Below, in pieces: positions 50,081 to 60,946 of a stretch of 64,000 bases of DNA. The stretch is taken from contig CAXXWC010000020.1 in assembly GCA_963668645.2 (NCBI GenBank), positions 165,586-229,585 of the forward strand, written 5' to 3'. Source of the DNA: Desulfobacterales bacterium. Its GTDB lineage: Bacteria > Desulfobacterota > Desulfobacteria > Desulfobacterales > UBA2174. Position 1 is the first letter of the stretch. The number at the start of each line of letters is the position of its first letter. The translations under genes were made by a program, and so were the position numbers. Below the pieces are notes generated by a model. The model saw only the letters and a list, made by a program, of their open reading frames with translations. It had not been told where the DNA came from and searched no databases.

Positions 50081-51169
50081 TCAATTCCCCCCGTGGGCTT
50101 TGCCGGCGTACAAGCGGCCGTTGGCGGTCTTTAAAAAGGCGTCCATCGGGATCTGCTCCTGTTTGATAAAGCCTCTGGCCGGCAGGACGCCGCTGCCGAC
50201 CATTTCCAACACGGCGCAGATCGCGGCGGCGGTGGTCCAGGAAATGGCGCGCCAGGTGCGTCCAGCGATTTCCGCCGGATAGTAGGCCTGGACGAATTCT
50301 TCGCGTGAAAGGGTCTCGTCCTTCCACCCCTCGGCCGAGGCGTGCACATAGACCACGTCCTCGGTCACCGGTGGCTTGGCCTGCACCAGGATTTCACCGG
50401 CCCGCCGGCGGTCTTGGCGCATCAACAGTTCGTGGAAAAAGAAGTTCATCAACCGGGCGTGTCCCGGATAGCGGATCGTCCTGTAATCGAGATTTTCCAC
50501 CCGCCCGGCATACGTTTCGCACATGGTGCCCAGCCCGCCCGAGGTGGTAAAGGCCTCCAACTGGACCCCGTGAATCACGATGGTCTCCAGCCACTCCAGA
50601 GGTGAGACCCATTTGCGCTGCCCGTCCTCGATCACCTCGCAGTCGTTGAGATATTCGTTGACCACCCCCTCGGGGGACCAGTTGAAGGCGTATCCCAGCA
50701 ATCCGGTGGGGTGTTGGGGCAGGGCGCCGACCCGCAACCGGATATTGCGCACCCGATCGAAGCGCTCGGCCAGAGAGGCGCCCACGATGGCGATAAAACC
50801 CGGCGCCAGGCCGCACTGGGGAGCCATCACGCCCCGGGCCGTGCGGCTCATCTGCAAAATTGCCTGGGTAGTGTGCACGTCTTCGGTCAGATCGAAGTAA
50901 TGAAGGCCCGATTCGCAGGCGGCCGTAGCGACATCGATGTTCAGATGGTACGGCAGGCAGGAGACCACCGCATCGCAGCCGTCCATCAACCGTGCCCATT
51001 GCTGTGCCCCTTTACCCTCGCCGGCCTTCACCGTTGGAAACGGCAGATCCAATCGCTCCTTCAGGTCGGCTCCGGTTACCTGGAAGCCGCTGGCGTGCAG
51101 CAGCCCGGCCACCAGGCTGCCGACATTGCCCAAACCGAGAACCAATACGGATTTAATCGTTGTGTTCAT
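50081..51169 (-). CDS. Saccharopine dehydrogenase / lysine 6-dehydrogenase family
   Basis: GLGNVG Rossmann motif, HYFDLTEDV, PQCGLAPG, WSPEG..NEY and RTIRYPGH. Confidence 0.85.
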   Translation of the reverse strand: MNTTIKSVLVLGLGNVGSLVAGLLHASGFQVTGADLKERLDLPFPTVKAGEGKGAQQWARLMDGCDAVVSCLPYHLNIDVATAACESGLHYFDLTEDVHTTQAILQMSRTARGVMAPQCGLAPGFIAIVGASLAERFDRVRNIRLRVGALPQHPTGLLGYAFNWSPEGVVNEYLNDCEVIEDGQRKWVSPLEWLETIVIHGVQLEAFTTSGGLGTMCETYAGRVENLDYRTIRYPGHARLMNFFFHELLMRQDRRRAGEILVQAKPPVTEDVVYVHASAEGWKDETLSREEFVQAYYPAEIAGRTWRAISWTTAAAICAVLEMVGSGVLPARGFIKQEQIPMDAFLKTANGRLYAGKAHGGN

Positions 51170-51577
51170 GGCGGATTTCCTTCGTTTATAGGGGTGGCTC
51201 CAAACGCGCTAGGCAAAGCGCCGCCGGCGGGTCGTTCAGGAAGCTGACCAAGTCGTTGTGCCGCCGGTCTGTAAAGGGTCCAATCGTTCGGATCGCCGGT
51301 GCGTGCTGTTTTTCGGTGCCTGTTGTTCACAATGCCGGGCCGGCATCTTTAAGGACGAAAGGATACGCGGAACACCCGGGAACCGCAATACCCCAAAAGT
51401 GTGGTACTGCGGCTGATGGCTGCCCGGGTTTTTGCATGGGATTTCATCCGGCACCTGAAACGTGCTATCCTGTGCCGCGTTTAATGAAGGCTCCGTCGAC
51501 GGATGCATTTCCGGTCCGGGGCCAGGGAACGGTAGCGCGGTACCTGCCGCTATGCCGCCAGGACAGAGGAGTCCGCC

Positions 51578-51760
51578 ATGGAAAGCGGCGTTCTTTTTGC
51601 CGAGGCGAGCGAAGTATCGCGCAACACCAAATTAGCCGCCTACACCGTGCGGATCACCGAGGCCGCGGATGACCTGATCGCCATCTTTCAGGGGATGGTG
51701 TATCGCAAACGTGAGAAAATCGATTTCAACGCGTCGCCCAGCGACTCCGGTTTGACATAG
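51578..51760 (+). pseudogene. PaaI-type thioesterase C-terminal half
   Basis: GVLFAEASEVSRNTKLAAYTVRIT...LIAIFQGMVYRK matches the end of a hotdog fold. The N-terminal HGG region is absent, but RBS GAGGAG is intact. Confidence 0.65.
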
Positions 51761-51790
51761 GGCTCAATTTCGCTTCCAGGAGGTTTTTCA

Positions 51791-52741
51791 GTGAACATTT
51801 CGCCATTGCGTCGCATCGTGGTGCTTTTATTGCTGGTATCAACCCTGGCGTTCATCGGCCTGGCCATCGTTTCCGAAGCCCAGGCCCGTGCGCCGCGCGG
51901 GGGGCGCAGTTTTTCCGGCAGCCGCACCTTCCAGAGACCGTCGGCCCCGCTGCGCAGCGCGCCGGGATCCGGTTACACCACTTTCAATCGCCGTCCCTTC
52001 GGCGGCAGCTCGTTCATGCGCGGTTTGGGCGGCGGGCTGCTCGGGGGGATGCTCGGGGGGATGCTCTTTGGCCGCCCGGCCTATGGCGGCATGGGAGGCA
52101 TCGGGGGCAGCGGCATCGGGTTGATCGAAATCCTGCTCTTCGGCGGTTTGGCCTGGTTTCTTTTCAAACGCTTCGTTCGGCCATCCGGCCCACCCCGGGC
52201 TTCCGGCGATCGCTTCGACCGGGCCGGCGGCTGGAATGTCGAGGATTTAACCGGCCGCATCGCCGGGAGCCAGGCCATGCCCGACATCGCCCCGGCAAGC
52301 TCCGCGGCCGGGGGGCTGGAAGCGGTGCAGCGCAGCGATCCGCATTTCGATCCGGACCTGTTCCGGGAAGGTGCGCAGGACATCTTTTTCAAGATTCAGG
52401 CCGCCTGGATGCGCCGGGACCTGTCGCCGGTCGAAAGCCTGGTCGGCACTGATCTGGCCGCCCAATACCGCCGCCAGATGGACGAGCTCAAGGCCCAGGG
52501 TCGCATCAACCGGCTCGAGAACATCGCCGTGCGGTCGGTGGAGATCGTCGATGGCGGCCTCGACCAGGGCCACGCCTGGGTCACGGTGGAATTCAACGCC
52601 AACTTGCTCGACTACACGGTGGATGAAAAAACCGGCGCCGTCATCGAGGGCGATCCCACCCAGCCGGTCAAATTCCAGGAGCGCTGGACCTTCGCAGCCC
52701 CCCAAGGCACATCGGCCTGGAAGCTGGAAGAGATTGCATGA
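51791..52741 (+). CDS. Tim44 domain protein
   Basis: Signal peptide, ARA..GGRSFSG, Gly-rich TM region, DPHFD..F..GA..F..IQAAW and FQERWTF. Confidence 0.88.
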   Translation: MNISPLRRIVVLLLLVSTLAFIGLAIVSEAQARAPRGGRSFSGSRTFQRPSAPLRSAPGSGYTTFNRRPFGGSSFMRGLGGGLLGGMLGGMLFGRPAYGGMGGIGGSGIGLIEILLFGGLAWFLFKRFVRPSGPPRASGDRFDRAGGWNVEDLTGRIAGSQAMPDIAPASSAAGGLEAVQRSDPHFDPDLFREGAQDIFFKIQAAWMRRDLSPVESLVGTDLAAQYRRQMDELKAQGRINRLENIAVRSVEIVDGGLDQGHAWVTVEFNANLLDYTVDEKTGAVIEGDPTQPVKFQERWTFAAPQGTSAWKLEEIA

Positions 52742-52869
52742 ACAGCGATTGCGCCTGCAATCGGGCTAGGCGCTAAAGCGGTTGTGCGAGGCTGCTTTCA
52801 TCCAGCGGCTTTAATTGTTTTTGCAGGAGATTTTTAGAGATTGGGCGGACCGGAAGTTTGGCTGCAGCA

Positions 52870-53994
52870 TCAGCGCTGGTCCGTCTTGATCTCTTCAAGA
52901 TTCTTCAGGATGGTTTGCGCCTTGACGATGAGGGTGTCGACCTTTTTGTATTGCGGATCGATGGATTTGACCTTCTCCCATTCCCGGATGGCTTCCAAAA
53001 TCTGTTCGCGGCTGTAGTGTTGCATGCCCAGCTTGTAGTGGATTTCCATGTAGCGTGATTTGCTCTTTTCGATGTACGCGTGGCACTGGCGGCAGTCGCG
53101 CTGGTAGGCCAGAGAGCGGGTGAAGCCGTCAATGGCGCCGAGGTAGTTCTCGTCCTCGAAGCGCTTCATCGCGATCCGGAAATAGGATTGGTGGCAGAAG
53201 GAGGCGGCTTGTGCATCATCGGGGCTGAGGCCCAGAACCTTGCTGAATTCGACGACGGCATCCGCGTAGTTGCCCTCCTCGAACATCTCGATGCCCTGCT
53301 CCCGGTATACGGCGGTCTGGTCGGTCTCACAGCCTGGATCAGATCCGGGTTGATTGCCGGCCAAGTTTAGCGCGGCGGCCGGCAGGCCTGCACGGCTTTC
53401 TTTTTCCGGGGTGCCGCCGCCGGGTTGCACCGGCATCTTCAATTCCTGGCCTGCACGGATGGTGGCGGCGTCCTTGATTTGGTTGTAGGCTGCGATGAGG
53501 TCGAATTTCCGGGGGTCGCCGTAGTAGCGGGCGGCGATCTGGGACAGGTTCTCACCGGGCTGGACCACGTGGACGATATGGTCGGTCTGCGATGGCTGCC
53601 CGCGTTCCATCAGGGCGGCCAGGGCCTTTGCGTGTTCCGGCCAAAGCCGCAGGGCGGTCAAAAAATGCTGGCGGGCCTGCAAGTCGCGCCCCTGGCCTTG
53701 CAAACGGACACCCGCTTCGTAAAACCGGCAGGCAGACGCCTGGAGCCGCTGGGCCGTTCTTCGGACGCCTTCGGCGGCAGCCGCGTTTTCGCCGTCCACC
53801 GTCATTGCAATCCTGTACTTGTCCAGGGCGGCAACCAGGTCTCCGGCCGCTTCGTGGGCTTCGGCTTGTGCCAGCGCTGAATCCCGGAACTCGGCGGCCG
53901 TCTGTTTTGAAGGGATCACGGCACAGCCGGCTGCGGCCCAGAGCATCCCGAGGCACAGGAGCAAGGAGGGTATCTTGTGCTTCATTGCCATCAT
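52870..53994 (-). CDS. LysM + TPR lipoprotein
   Basis: Lipobox AAGC; LysM HVVQPGENLSQIAARYYG...YNQI...GQELKMP; TPRs on both sides. Confidence 0.85.
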   Translation of the reverse strand: MMAMKHKIPSLLLCLGMLWAAAGCAVIPSKQTAAEFRDSALAQAEAHEAAGDLVAALDKYRIAMTVDGENAAAAEGVRRTAQRLQASACRFYEAGVRLQGQGRDLQARQHFLTALRLWPEHAKALAALMERGQPSQTDHIVHVVQPGENLSQIAARYYGDPRKFDLIAAYNQIKDAATIRAGQELKMPVQPGGGTPEKESRAGLPAAALNLAGNQPGSDPGCETDQTAVYREQGIEMFEEGNYADAVVEFSKVLGLSPDDAQAASFCHQSYFRIAMKRFEDENYLGAIDGFTRSLAYQRDCRQCHAYIEKSKSRYMEIHYKLGMQHYSREQILEAIREWEKVKSIDPQYKKVDTLIVKAQTILKNLEEIKTDQR

Positions 53995-55052
53995 TCGAGT
54001 GGCAAGGCTTCCAAGGTTTTCAATCTTGCCGCAAATTCCCCCATATCCTGTGAAAGGATCTGGTCGCGGTCGAGGGCCAGAGGGTCGGTGAAAAAGGCGT
54101 TGCCGCCGCGCCGGGTGCCGAAGGCCAGCCGGTAACCGGCCTGCACGGTGGCTTCGAGCACTCGCGGGTTGAACTCGCCGTATGGATAGGCCAGGGCGAT
54201 GGTTTCGGCGCCAAGCTCTGCTTCGATGCGTTTTTTGGATTCGCCGATCTCCCTTTGGATCCTCCGGTCAAAGGCGTCTTCCGTCTCATCTTTGCCTTGT
54301 TTGGTCAAATCGCAGTGTGACAGCGAGTGGGAGCCGACCTCGAATCCGTTGGCCGTCATTTCCCGCAACATCTGCCAGGTAAGGGCGCCGGGGGTCGAAC
54401 CGATAAAGTCCGTGTAGACGAAAAACGTTGCCTTGAAACCGTAGTGCATCAGCAGCGGGTAGGCGACTTCGTATCCCGAGCGGTAGCCGTCGTCGATGCT
54501 GATCATCACTGCCTTTTCCGGCAGGGCGCTGCGAAACTTCAAAAAGCCCTCCAGGTCCGCCGGGCCGATGGTGCGGTAGCCGTTTTGCTTTAAATATTCC
54601 AGCTGGGCCCGGAACACCGAAGCCGGCATGCACAGCCGCGAATCGCAACCTTCGGCGAACCGATGGTAGCACAGTACCGGCACAATCTGGTACCCGTCCG
54701 GCCGCAGGCCTCCGCGTGCACGGTCCCTGAGTGGAATGACGATCATCTGCCCGGCAACAAACGGGGTGTCCGGATTGGCCTCCTCGATGATCCAGGTTTT
54801 GGCGGGATCGTCAAGATAGGTGCGGGCAAGAAGCTCCGGGGTGTCGTCCTTCCTGAGTCGGTGGACCACATAGAAATCCGATCGGTAAACCTCGGTCTGG
54901 GGAGACTGAGCGGAGGGGGCCGGCGGTTTCTGGCTTTTTGGCGCCGGCGCAATGGCAGCGCATCCGGCGCTATGGAGCGCAGCCAGGACGATAGCCCCAA
55001 TCAGCCACAGGCGGAGGCGTCGCCCCCGGCAATGATGGGAACCTGGATTCAT
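53991..55052 (-). CDS. Polysaccharide deacetylase lipoprotein with LysM-like N-terminal domain
   Basis: Lipobox SAGC; VPVLCYH, SIDDG, GSHSLSH and AYPYG; ATGA overlap with the cyclase stop. Confidence 0.88.
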   Translation of the reverse strand: MNPGSHHCRGRRLRLWLIGAIVLAALHSAGCAAIAPAPKSQKPPAPSAQSPQTEVYRSDFYVVHRLRKDDTPELLARTYLDDPAKTWIIEEANPDTPFVAGQMIVIPLRDRARGGLRPDGYQIVPVLCYHRFAEGCDSRLCMPASVFRAQLEYLKQNGYRTIGPADLEGFLKFRSALPEKAVMISIDDGYRSGYEVAYPLLMHYGFKATFFVYTDFIGSTPGALTWQMLREMTANGFEVGSHSLSHCDLTKQGKDETEDAFDRRIQREIGESKKRIEAELGAETIALAYPYGEFNPRVLEATVQAGYRLAFGTRRGGNAFFTDPLALDRDQILSQDMGEFAARLKTLEALPLE

Positions 55053-56566
55053 GTGCCGGCTTTCATGGCCGTTGTGCCGCCAACGCGATAGATGGCCATC
55101 GCTGTTTCCCGGCCCCGCAGCGCTACGCTTCCCCTGGCCTCTATTGCGAGGCCGGTCTGCGCGTCGAGCCGGTCGAACGTGTTTTGGCTGATGATGATTT
55201 CTCCGCCTTTGGCGAGGGATGTCAGGCGGGATGCGACGTTTACGTTGTCGCCGATGACCGTGTATTCCATCCGCGTCTCGGAACCGAGGTTGCCTGCCAC
55301 CATTTTCCCCGAATTGATGCCGATTCCAACCTGTATGGGCTCGCCTAACGCCCTGCAAGCCGGCTCAAAGTGTGCCATTTGTCGTTGTATGTCAAGCGCC
55401 GCCTGCACGGCGGCGGCAGCATGATTGCGGTTGGATACCGGCGCGCCGAAGATCGCCATGGCTTCGTCGCCGATGAACTTGTTCAGGTGCCCCCCGTTTT
55501 GTACCACCGCCTCGGTGACCAGCTTGAAATAGCTGTTGAGAAGCTCGACCACATCCACCGGCTCTTTATGCTCCGAGATCGCGGTGAAGCCGCGGATGTC
55601 GACGAACAGAACCGAGGCTTGCACCTCTGCGCCCTTCATCCAGGTCGAGTTTGGGTTGGCGATGATCATTTCCACGATTTCCGGCGTCACGTAGCGGCCG
55701 AAAGAATTTTTGATCCTCTCTTTGAGCTCGAGTTCTCCGGCCATCTTGTTGAAATTTTGCGCCAGATCACCGAACTCGTCGTTTCTGCCGATGCGGACCC
55801 GGTGGGTCAATCGCCCCGCGGCCACGGCATGGGTGCCGTCTTCCAACCGTTTTATGGGGTGGGTGAAATAAACGCTGAGCCCCAGACTGAGCAAGATGCC
55901 CGCAACGGTGATCAGGAGGGTCAACAAGGCGATGGACCACTTGGCGCGGCGGATGTTCTCTTCGATGCTGTTGAGCGAGATGCCGACCTTGACCTCGCCG
56001 ATGCGTACCTGCTTGAAGATAATGGGACCATCGAAAAGGAGGATTTCGACACCGTTGAGCCGGAAAGATCCGGTCACCACCTCCGGATACGCCTTTAGTT
56101 GGCGGACGAGGGCCGGCGGGGAATAAGGTTTGCCCACTTCTTCGATACTTTTCGAATGCGCCCGAATAATGCCGTTGTGATCCGTGATCAGGGCGAACAC
56201 CACCTGCTTGTTCGCCGCCACATCGCTGATGAGCCGGAACAGTGCCAGATCTTCTTCGCTCAAGAGTTTGTCCGCCGCATTGCGGGCAACGATCCAGACG
56301 GTATTTTCGCCCAGATCGATCAACTGGGCCACGAACTGATCCTTTTGCCGGTTGATGATGCTGATGCTGATGGTCATCGCCACCGCCAGTACAAGCAGGG
56401 TGCACAGGGCCACCAGCTTGACAAAGATCGGCACGCGCAGGCGTTTGGGGGAATTGGACGGCAGTTTTAACGCCGATGCGGATGGCGCCTGCAAGGCGGG
56501 CAGCCCGCCATCCGGAACCGTCTCATCCCGGTCTGGCAGGTTTTCGTGTCGGTTCGGATGGGCCAT
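55049..56566 (-). CDS. Class III adenylate/guanylate cyclase with periplasmic sensor and HAMP
   Basis: Two TMs, HAMP (DEFGDLAQNFN), LFVDIRGFT, KFIGD and YTVIGDNVNVASRL. Confidence 0.92.
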   Translation of the reverse strand: MAHPNRHENLPDRDETVPDGGLPALQAPSASALKLPSNSPKRLRVPIFVKLVALCTLLVLAVAMTISISIINRQKDQFVAQLIDLGENTVWIVARNAADKLLSEEDLALFRLISDVAANKQVVFALITDHNGIIRAHSKSIEEVGKPYSPPALVRQLKAYPEVVTGSFRLNGVEILLFDGPIIFKQVRIGEVKVGISLNSIEENIRRAKWSIALLTLLITVAGILLSLGLSVYFTHPIKRLEDGTHAVAAGRLTHRVRIGRNDEFGDLAQNFNKMAGELELKERIKNSFGRYVTPEIVEMIIANPNSTWMKGAEVQASVLFVDIRGFTAISEHKEPVDVVELLNSYFKLVTEAVVQNGGHLNKFIGDEAMAIFGAPVSNRNHAAAAVQAALDIQRQMAHFEPACRALGEPIQVGIGINSGKMVAGNLGSETRMEYTVIGDNVNVASRLTSLAKGGEIIISQNTFDRLDAQTGLAIEARGSVALRGRETAMAIYRVGGTTAMKAGT

Positions 56567-56678
56567 GGTTGCGACTCCGATTCATGGCGCGCCGTTGCGC
56601 TGCGGTACGATCCTCGATGCATCTGCCGCCGTAGTTGTAGAGCAGATATTAAAACCATATCCGCTCGCACCGCAACAG

Positions 56679-59600
56679 TTAAGGAAGGCGCATCCGGGAA
56701 AGCGACTGCAGGATATAGACGGCCTCTGCCAGATCGACCCTGCCGTTGGCGTTGATATCGGTGTCGCAGGTCGCATAGTCCGGCCGGATCAGGGGGGCGC
56801 CTGCGTTGGATTGCACTAGGCTTCGGAGAACCAGAATCGCGTCGGCCAGGGTGGTCCGCCGGTCCCCGTCCACGTCGGCCAGGGGTCTGCTCTGGCCGTC
56901 TTGAGGGTCGGTGCCGGAAATGAATTCGTCCAGGTTGGTAAACCCGTCGTCGTCCGGGTCGGCCCCGTCGTCCCTGACCATGGGATCGGTGGCGTTTTGA
57001 AGCTCCCACAGGTCGGGCAGGCCGTCGGCGTCGCTGTCCGGCGCGCAGGGATCGGTTTCCCCTGGATCGATGACGCCGTTGAAATTTTTATCTTCGAGCC
57101 CGTCGGCCAGCCCGTCGCCGTCCGTGTCGGCCAGGTCCGCATCGGTGCAACCGGCCAGTTCCAGGGCATCGGGGATCCCGTCCCCGTCCCGGTCGGCAGG
57201 AACCGTGTCGCGCCGCGCCGCCGCATTGTCGTCCGGGTACGGATCCGCCTCGGCCCCCAGGGCGCTGATTCTGTTTTCCATGACACCGGCGCCGGTGGCC
57301 GTGACCGCCAGGGTGGCGGTGAACGCGGTGCCTTTGGCCAGCGTGCCGGCATTGCAGGTGATGGTGGTACCCGAGACGGTGCAGCCGGCCGGGGCGGAGA
57401 CCAGGGTCAGGCCCGGTGGCAGGATGTCGGCCAGAACCACGCCGGTCGCCGTGTCGGGGCCGTTGTTGGCGACCCGGATGCGGTAGTTGAAATCCTGCCC
57501 CAGCCTCGGCGGCAGAGGATCGGCTATCTGAAAAACCGAAAGATCGGCAAGGGGGATGCTGGTTGCCGACATCTTGCCCGTATCGGTGGTCAAGCCGTCC
57601 GATTCGGACCATTGGACCAGGCCGATGCCGCGCGCCAGCCAGTTTTCATTGACCGCGGTTAGATCCAGGTACTGGCCGGCGATGTCGCCGTAAAAGCGTA
57701 CCGTGACGCGGGCCCGACCGGTCTTGAAGCGGCCCTGGGCAAGCTCCAGGGTCTCGAAGCCTTCCATTGTGGACTGGGCGCTGTAGTTCAGATAGTAGGT
57801 GCCCAGAGCGGAGATGTCGAGCCGGGCCGTGCCGCTGCTGGTTGCCGTCTGGCCCAGGGCCATTGTGGGATAGGCATAGGTCAGGGGCGGAGAAAAGGTG
57901 AAGGTGGCCCTTTGCACGCCGGCGCCCTCGACCTCCACCGCCGGATCGTATTCGCGGTGCAGCCGAATGCCGCCGGCGTCGTTGGTAAAGTACTGGCGGT
58001 ATCCGTCCGAGTGCTCAACGATCCGCGTCTGGACCCCGTTGACCGTTTCGCTCTGGGCCAGGACCGTGTAGGTCTGATCCGGCTGGCCGTCCACCTCGAA
58101 GGTCCACCACCTGCCGGCGTTCAGCGGGAAATATTCAGCCGACGGAGCAGAGAAGTCGAAGGTGGTGCTGATGCGGCCGGAGCCAGTTTCACACCAGTAA
58201 ATCGCGCTGCCGTCGGCGGCGATGCCGTTGGCGGTGTACGGGTCCGAGTCCAGGTTTTGCGTCATGAGTTGCACGGTTCCGCCGGCCCGGGGGATCTTTC
58301 CCACCTCCTGCTGGTCGATCCAGTAGAGAAAAAGGTCGTCTGCGGCCAGCATGCGCGGCGCATAAAGATAGGATCGCGTGGTCAGGGTAATGCCCGCTGC
58401 GCCGGAAAGGGCCATCTTGCGGATGGCCCCGCTGTCGTGCTCCGTGTAGTAAAGATCGCTTCCCATGACCGTAAAATCATCCAGGTAGGGCAGGCCGGCG
58501 GCAAGGGTCTGAACGGTGCCTCCCGAAGCCGGGACCTTTTTGATATGCTGAAATTGTCCATCCAATAGACGACCCCGCCGCTGACCTGCAACGGTCCGGC
58601 CGGCCCGGAGCCGGTGTCGAGAAGGGTGAGCGCCCCTCCGTCGACGCCGGCCTTTTTCACGGCGCAAAAAGGTTCTTCGGTCCAGTAAAGCGCCCCTCCG
58701 TCGACGGCCAGATCCTTGATCTCGAAGTCCGCCGCGACCACCGTTTCGGGGGGGCCGCCACAAACCGGCACCTTCTTGATCCGGAATCTGTCGGCGATGT
58801 AGACGTGGGTGTCATCGACGGCGATGGGCGGCCGGGTCACGCTCACGCCGGCGGCCAGGGTCGTCACCGGGCCCCCGGCAAGGGGGATGCGCGCGATGCG
58901 TCCGAATCCCTCGATGGCACCGATATCGCCCCCCTCGTTCCAGTAGAGCTGGTCATCCTGGACGGCGATCTGAAACGGGGCGTCGCCGCCCTGGACGTGA
59001 ACCTGAATCGCTGTGCCGGCCAGTGAAACGCTCTTGATGGTGCCGGTCTGCCCGTGGGCCGGGCCCGTGTTTTGCGACCAGTAGACCCTGTTGGCGCCAA
59101 GAGCGATGGCCGTGGGCGCCAGGGTCAGGTTCTCAACCAGCACGGCGCTCTGGCCGTCGCTCACAGAGGTCCGCTGGATGGACCCGGCGTCGCACCAGAC
59201 CACGCTGTCCGCCGCCACGGCGATATGGGTGATCGATTGGCGTCCGGCAACAGGATCGGTGATTGTCCGGTGGACCAGAACGGAAGCATCGCCCCCGGTC
59301 AGGGGCGCTTTTAACAGTCGATAGGCATTGGGAAAGCCCATGTCAGCGAAGATGACATACCCGTCATCGACTGCCAGCACTGCGGAGACCGGCAGGGTGT
59401 CCGCATAGACCACCTCGGCCGCACCGCCGGCCAGCGGCATGCGCTTGACCACCCCCGGATCCGGATAGCGGCCCTCGGTCCAATAGAGGTGGGTCTCATC
59501 CGCCGCCAGGGCCGTTATCGGGTTCCAGCCGGCATTGTAGATCACCGATGGGGCCGCCCCGGTCAGGGGCACCTTCTCGATGCGGTAGGTGTCCGGCGAG

Positions 59601-60034
59601 ACGGTGGAAGTGACCCAGTAGAGAATGTCGCCCCGGGCGATGATCTCGTGGGTGCCCGACCCGCAGTTGGATCCCCGGGCCAGTTCGACGGTCTGCAGGC
59701 CGCCGGCGAAGATCCCCGTGAGAATCTGGACCGTCTGGGTGCCGGTGCAGTCGCCGGTACTGCCCGGCCGGGTTTCGACCCAGAAAAGGTCTTCGCCCCG
59801 CAGGCAGAAACGGATCGGCGTTCCCATCCTTCTTGCCAGGGGTACCAGCCGTCCATCCTGCAGATCGATCCTTTTGACCGGGGCCTCACTGGCGTCGGAG
59901 AAAAAAAGGCTGCCGTTTCGCGGCACAAGGTTTGCCGGATCGGTTGTGGTTTCGAGCCAAAAGGCGCCCCAGGCACCGGCGGCAGACCCGGTGAGGAGCC
60001 AGATCGCCAGCAGGTAGGGCCATAATTTTCGCAT
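56679..60034 (-). pseudogene. Large exported beta-propeller/DUF11/Ca-binding repeat/dockerin-like protein, frameshifted at ~58543-58546
   Basis: Signal peptide and repeated LYW blades; frame switch at YWMDNFS|IKKVP; then N.GPD.ATGV, DxDGDG repeats and a terminal dockerin-like DVDGD...LADA / DINANG.VDLAEA. Confidence 0.75.
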
Positions 60035-60176
60035 CGGCTTGCCTCCGAAATAACATGCTGTTATAAAAAGCAATGACGGTTTTTTTAGTGACTGTCAATA
60101 TCAATTCCTGAAGACAGGTATAAATCGCCGGGCGATATCCCGCTATTTTTGGAATTAGAGCGTTGAAGGAGAGATC

Positions 60177-60917
60177 ATGAACCATTCCATCCGCATTGCG
60201 GCCGTTCTGCTGGCCCTGGGCATCGTGTTTCCCGGGGGCAGGGCCCACGCGGGCCTTTTGGACATTTTCCGTTCCGACCTGGAATTGACCCTGGTGGTGG
60301 ACCGCACCGAGGGATTGAGGACCGGCGACGCGGTCGAATTCCAGGACGAGACGGGCCGGCGGCAGGCCATCGGCCGTATCGCCGCCATTCCCGACGACGG
60401 CGGCGGCCAGCCGGTGGTTTCGGTGCGCATCGATGCCCGGTACAAGGACCGGGTCCGTACCGGTTCGAGGGCCGTCGTCGATCGCTCGTGGGCCGGCGAG
60501 GGGCCGGCGCGCATCTATATCGTCACCCCGGAGGATCAGGCCGCGTCCCCGCCGCTGCGCTCCGGGGCGGTGATGCGGGCCCAGTCGCTTGCGGCCGACA
60601 GGGCCGCGCGCATCGCAGGCCGGGTCCAGGCCTTCATGGAGAAGCTGCTGGAGCGTTCGCGCGAGTACCTGGATCAACTGCGATCCGAGGTCGACCGCGG
60701 CAACCTTGACAAATTCAAGGATCAACTCGGAAAGATGGCCGGGGCCGTCAGCCGCTACACCCGAGAGCAAAAAGAGCGCTTCACCCGGGAGGTCCTGCCC
60801 GAGCTGGAGCGGATAATGGAGTCGGCCCGCCGGCGCTTCAAGGCGATGCAGGATCCTGAAAAACAAAAAGAATTGGAACGAGAATACCAGCGCATCAAAG
60901 AGGGGCTGGCCGCCTGA
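60177..60917 (+). CDS. MlaD/MCE-like exported protein
   Basis: Signal peptide; EGLRTGDAV...IGRIAAI...V.VRID...GSRAVV; helical C-terminus. Confidence 0.65.
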   Translation: MNHSIRIAAVLLALGIVFPGGRAHAGLLDIFRSDLELTLVVDRTEGLRTGDAVEFQDETGRRQAIGRIAAIPDDGGGQPVVSVRIDARYKDRVRTGSRAVVDRSWAGEGPARIYIVTPEDQAASPPLRSGAVMRAQSLAADRAARIAGRVQAFMEKLLERSREYLDQLRSEVDRGNLDKFKDQLGKMAGAVSRYTREQKERFTREVLPELERIMESARRRFKAMQDPEKQKELEREYQRIKEGLAA

Positions 60918-60946
60918 TCACGGCCCGCCGGAGAGGAAATCCCGGT

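Noticed and set aside
51170..51570. Lysine riboswitch upstream of the dehydrogenase
   Set aside because: The intergenic region is long, but I could not find the L-box core motifs; an Rfam scan would settle it.
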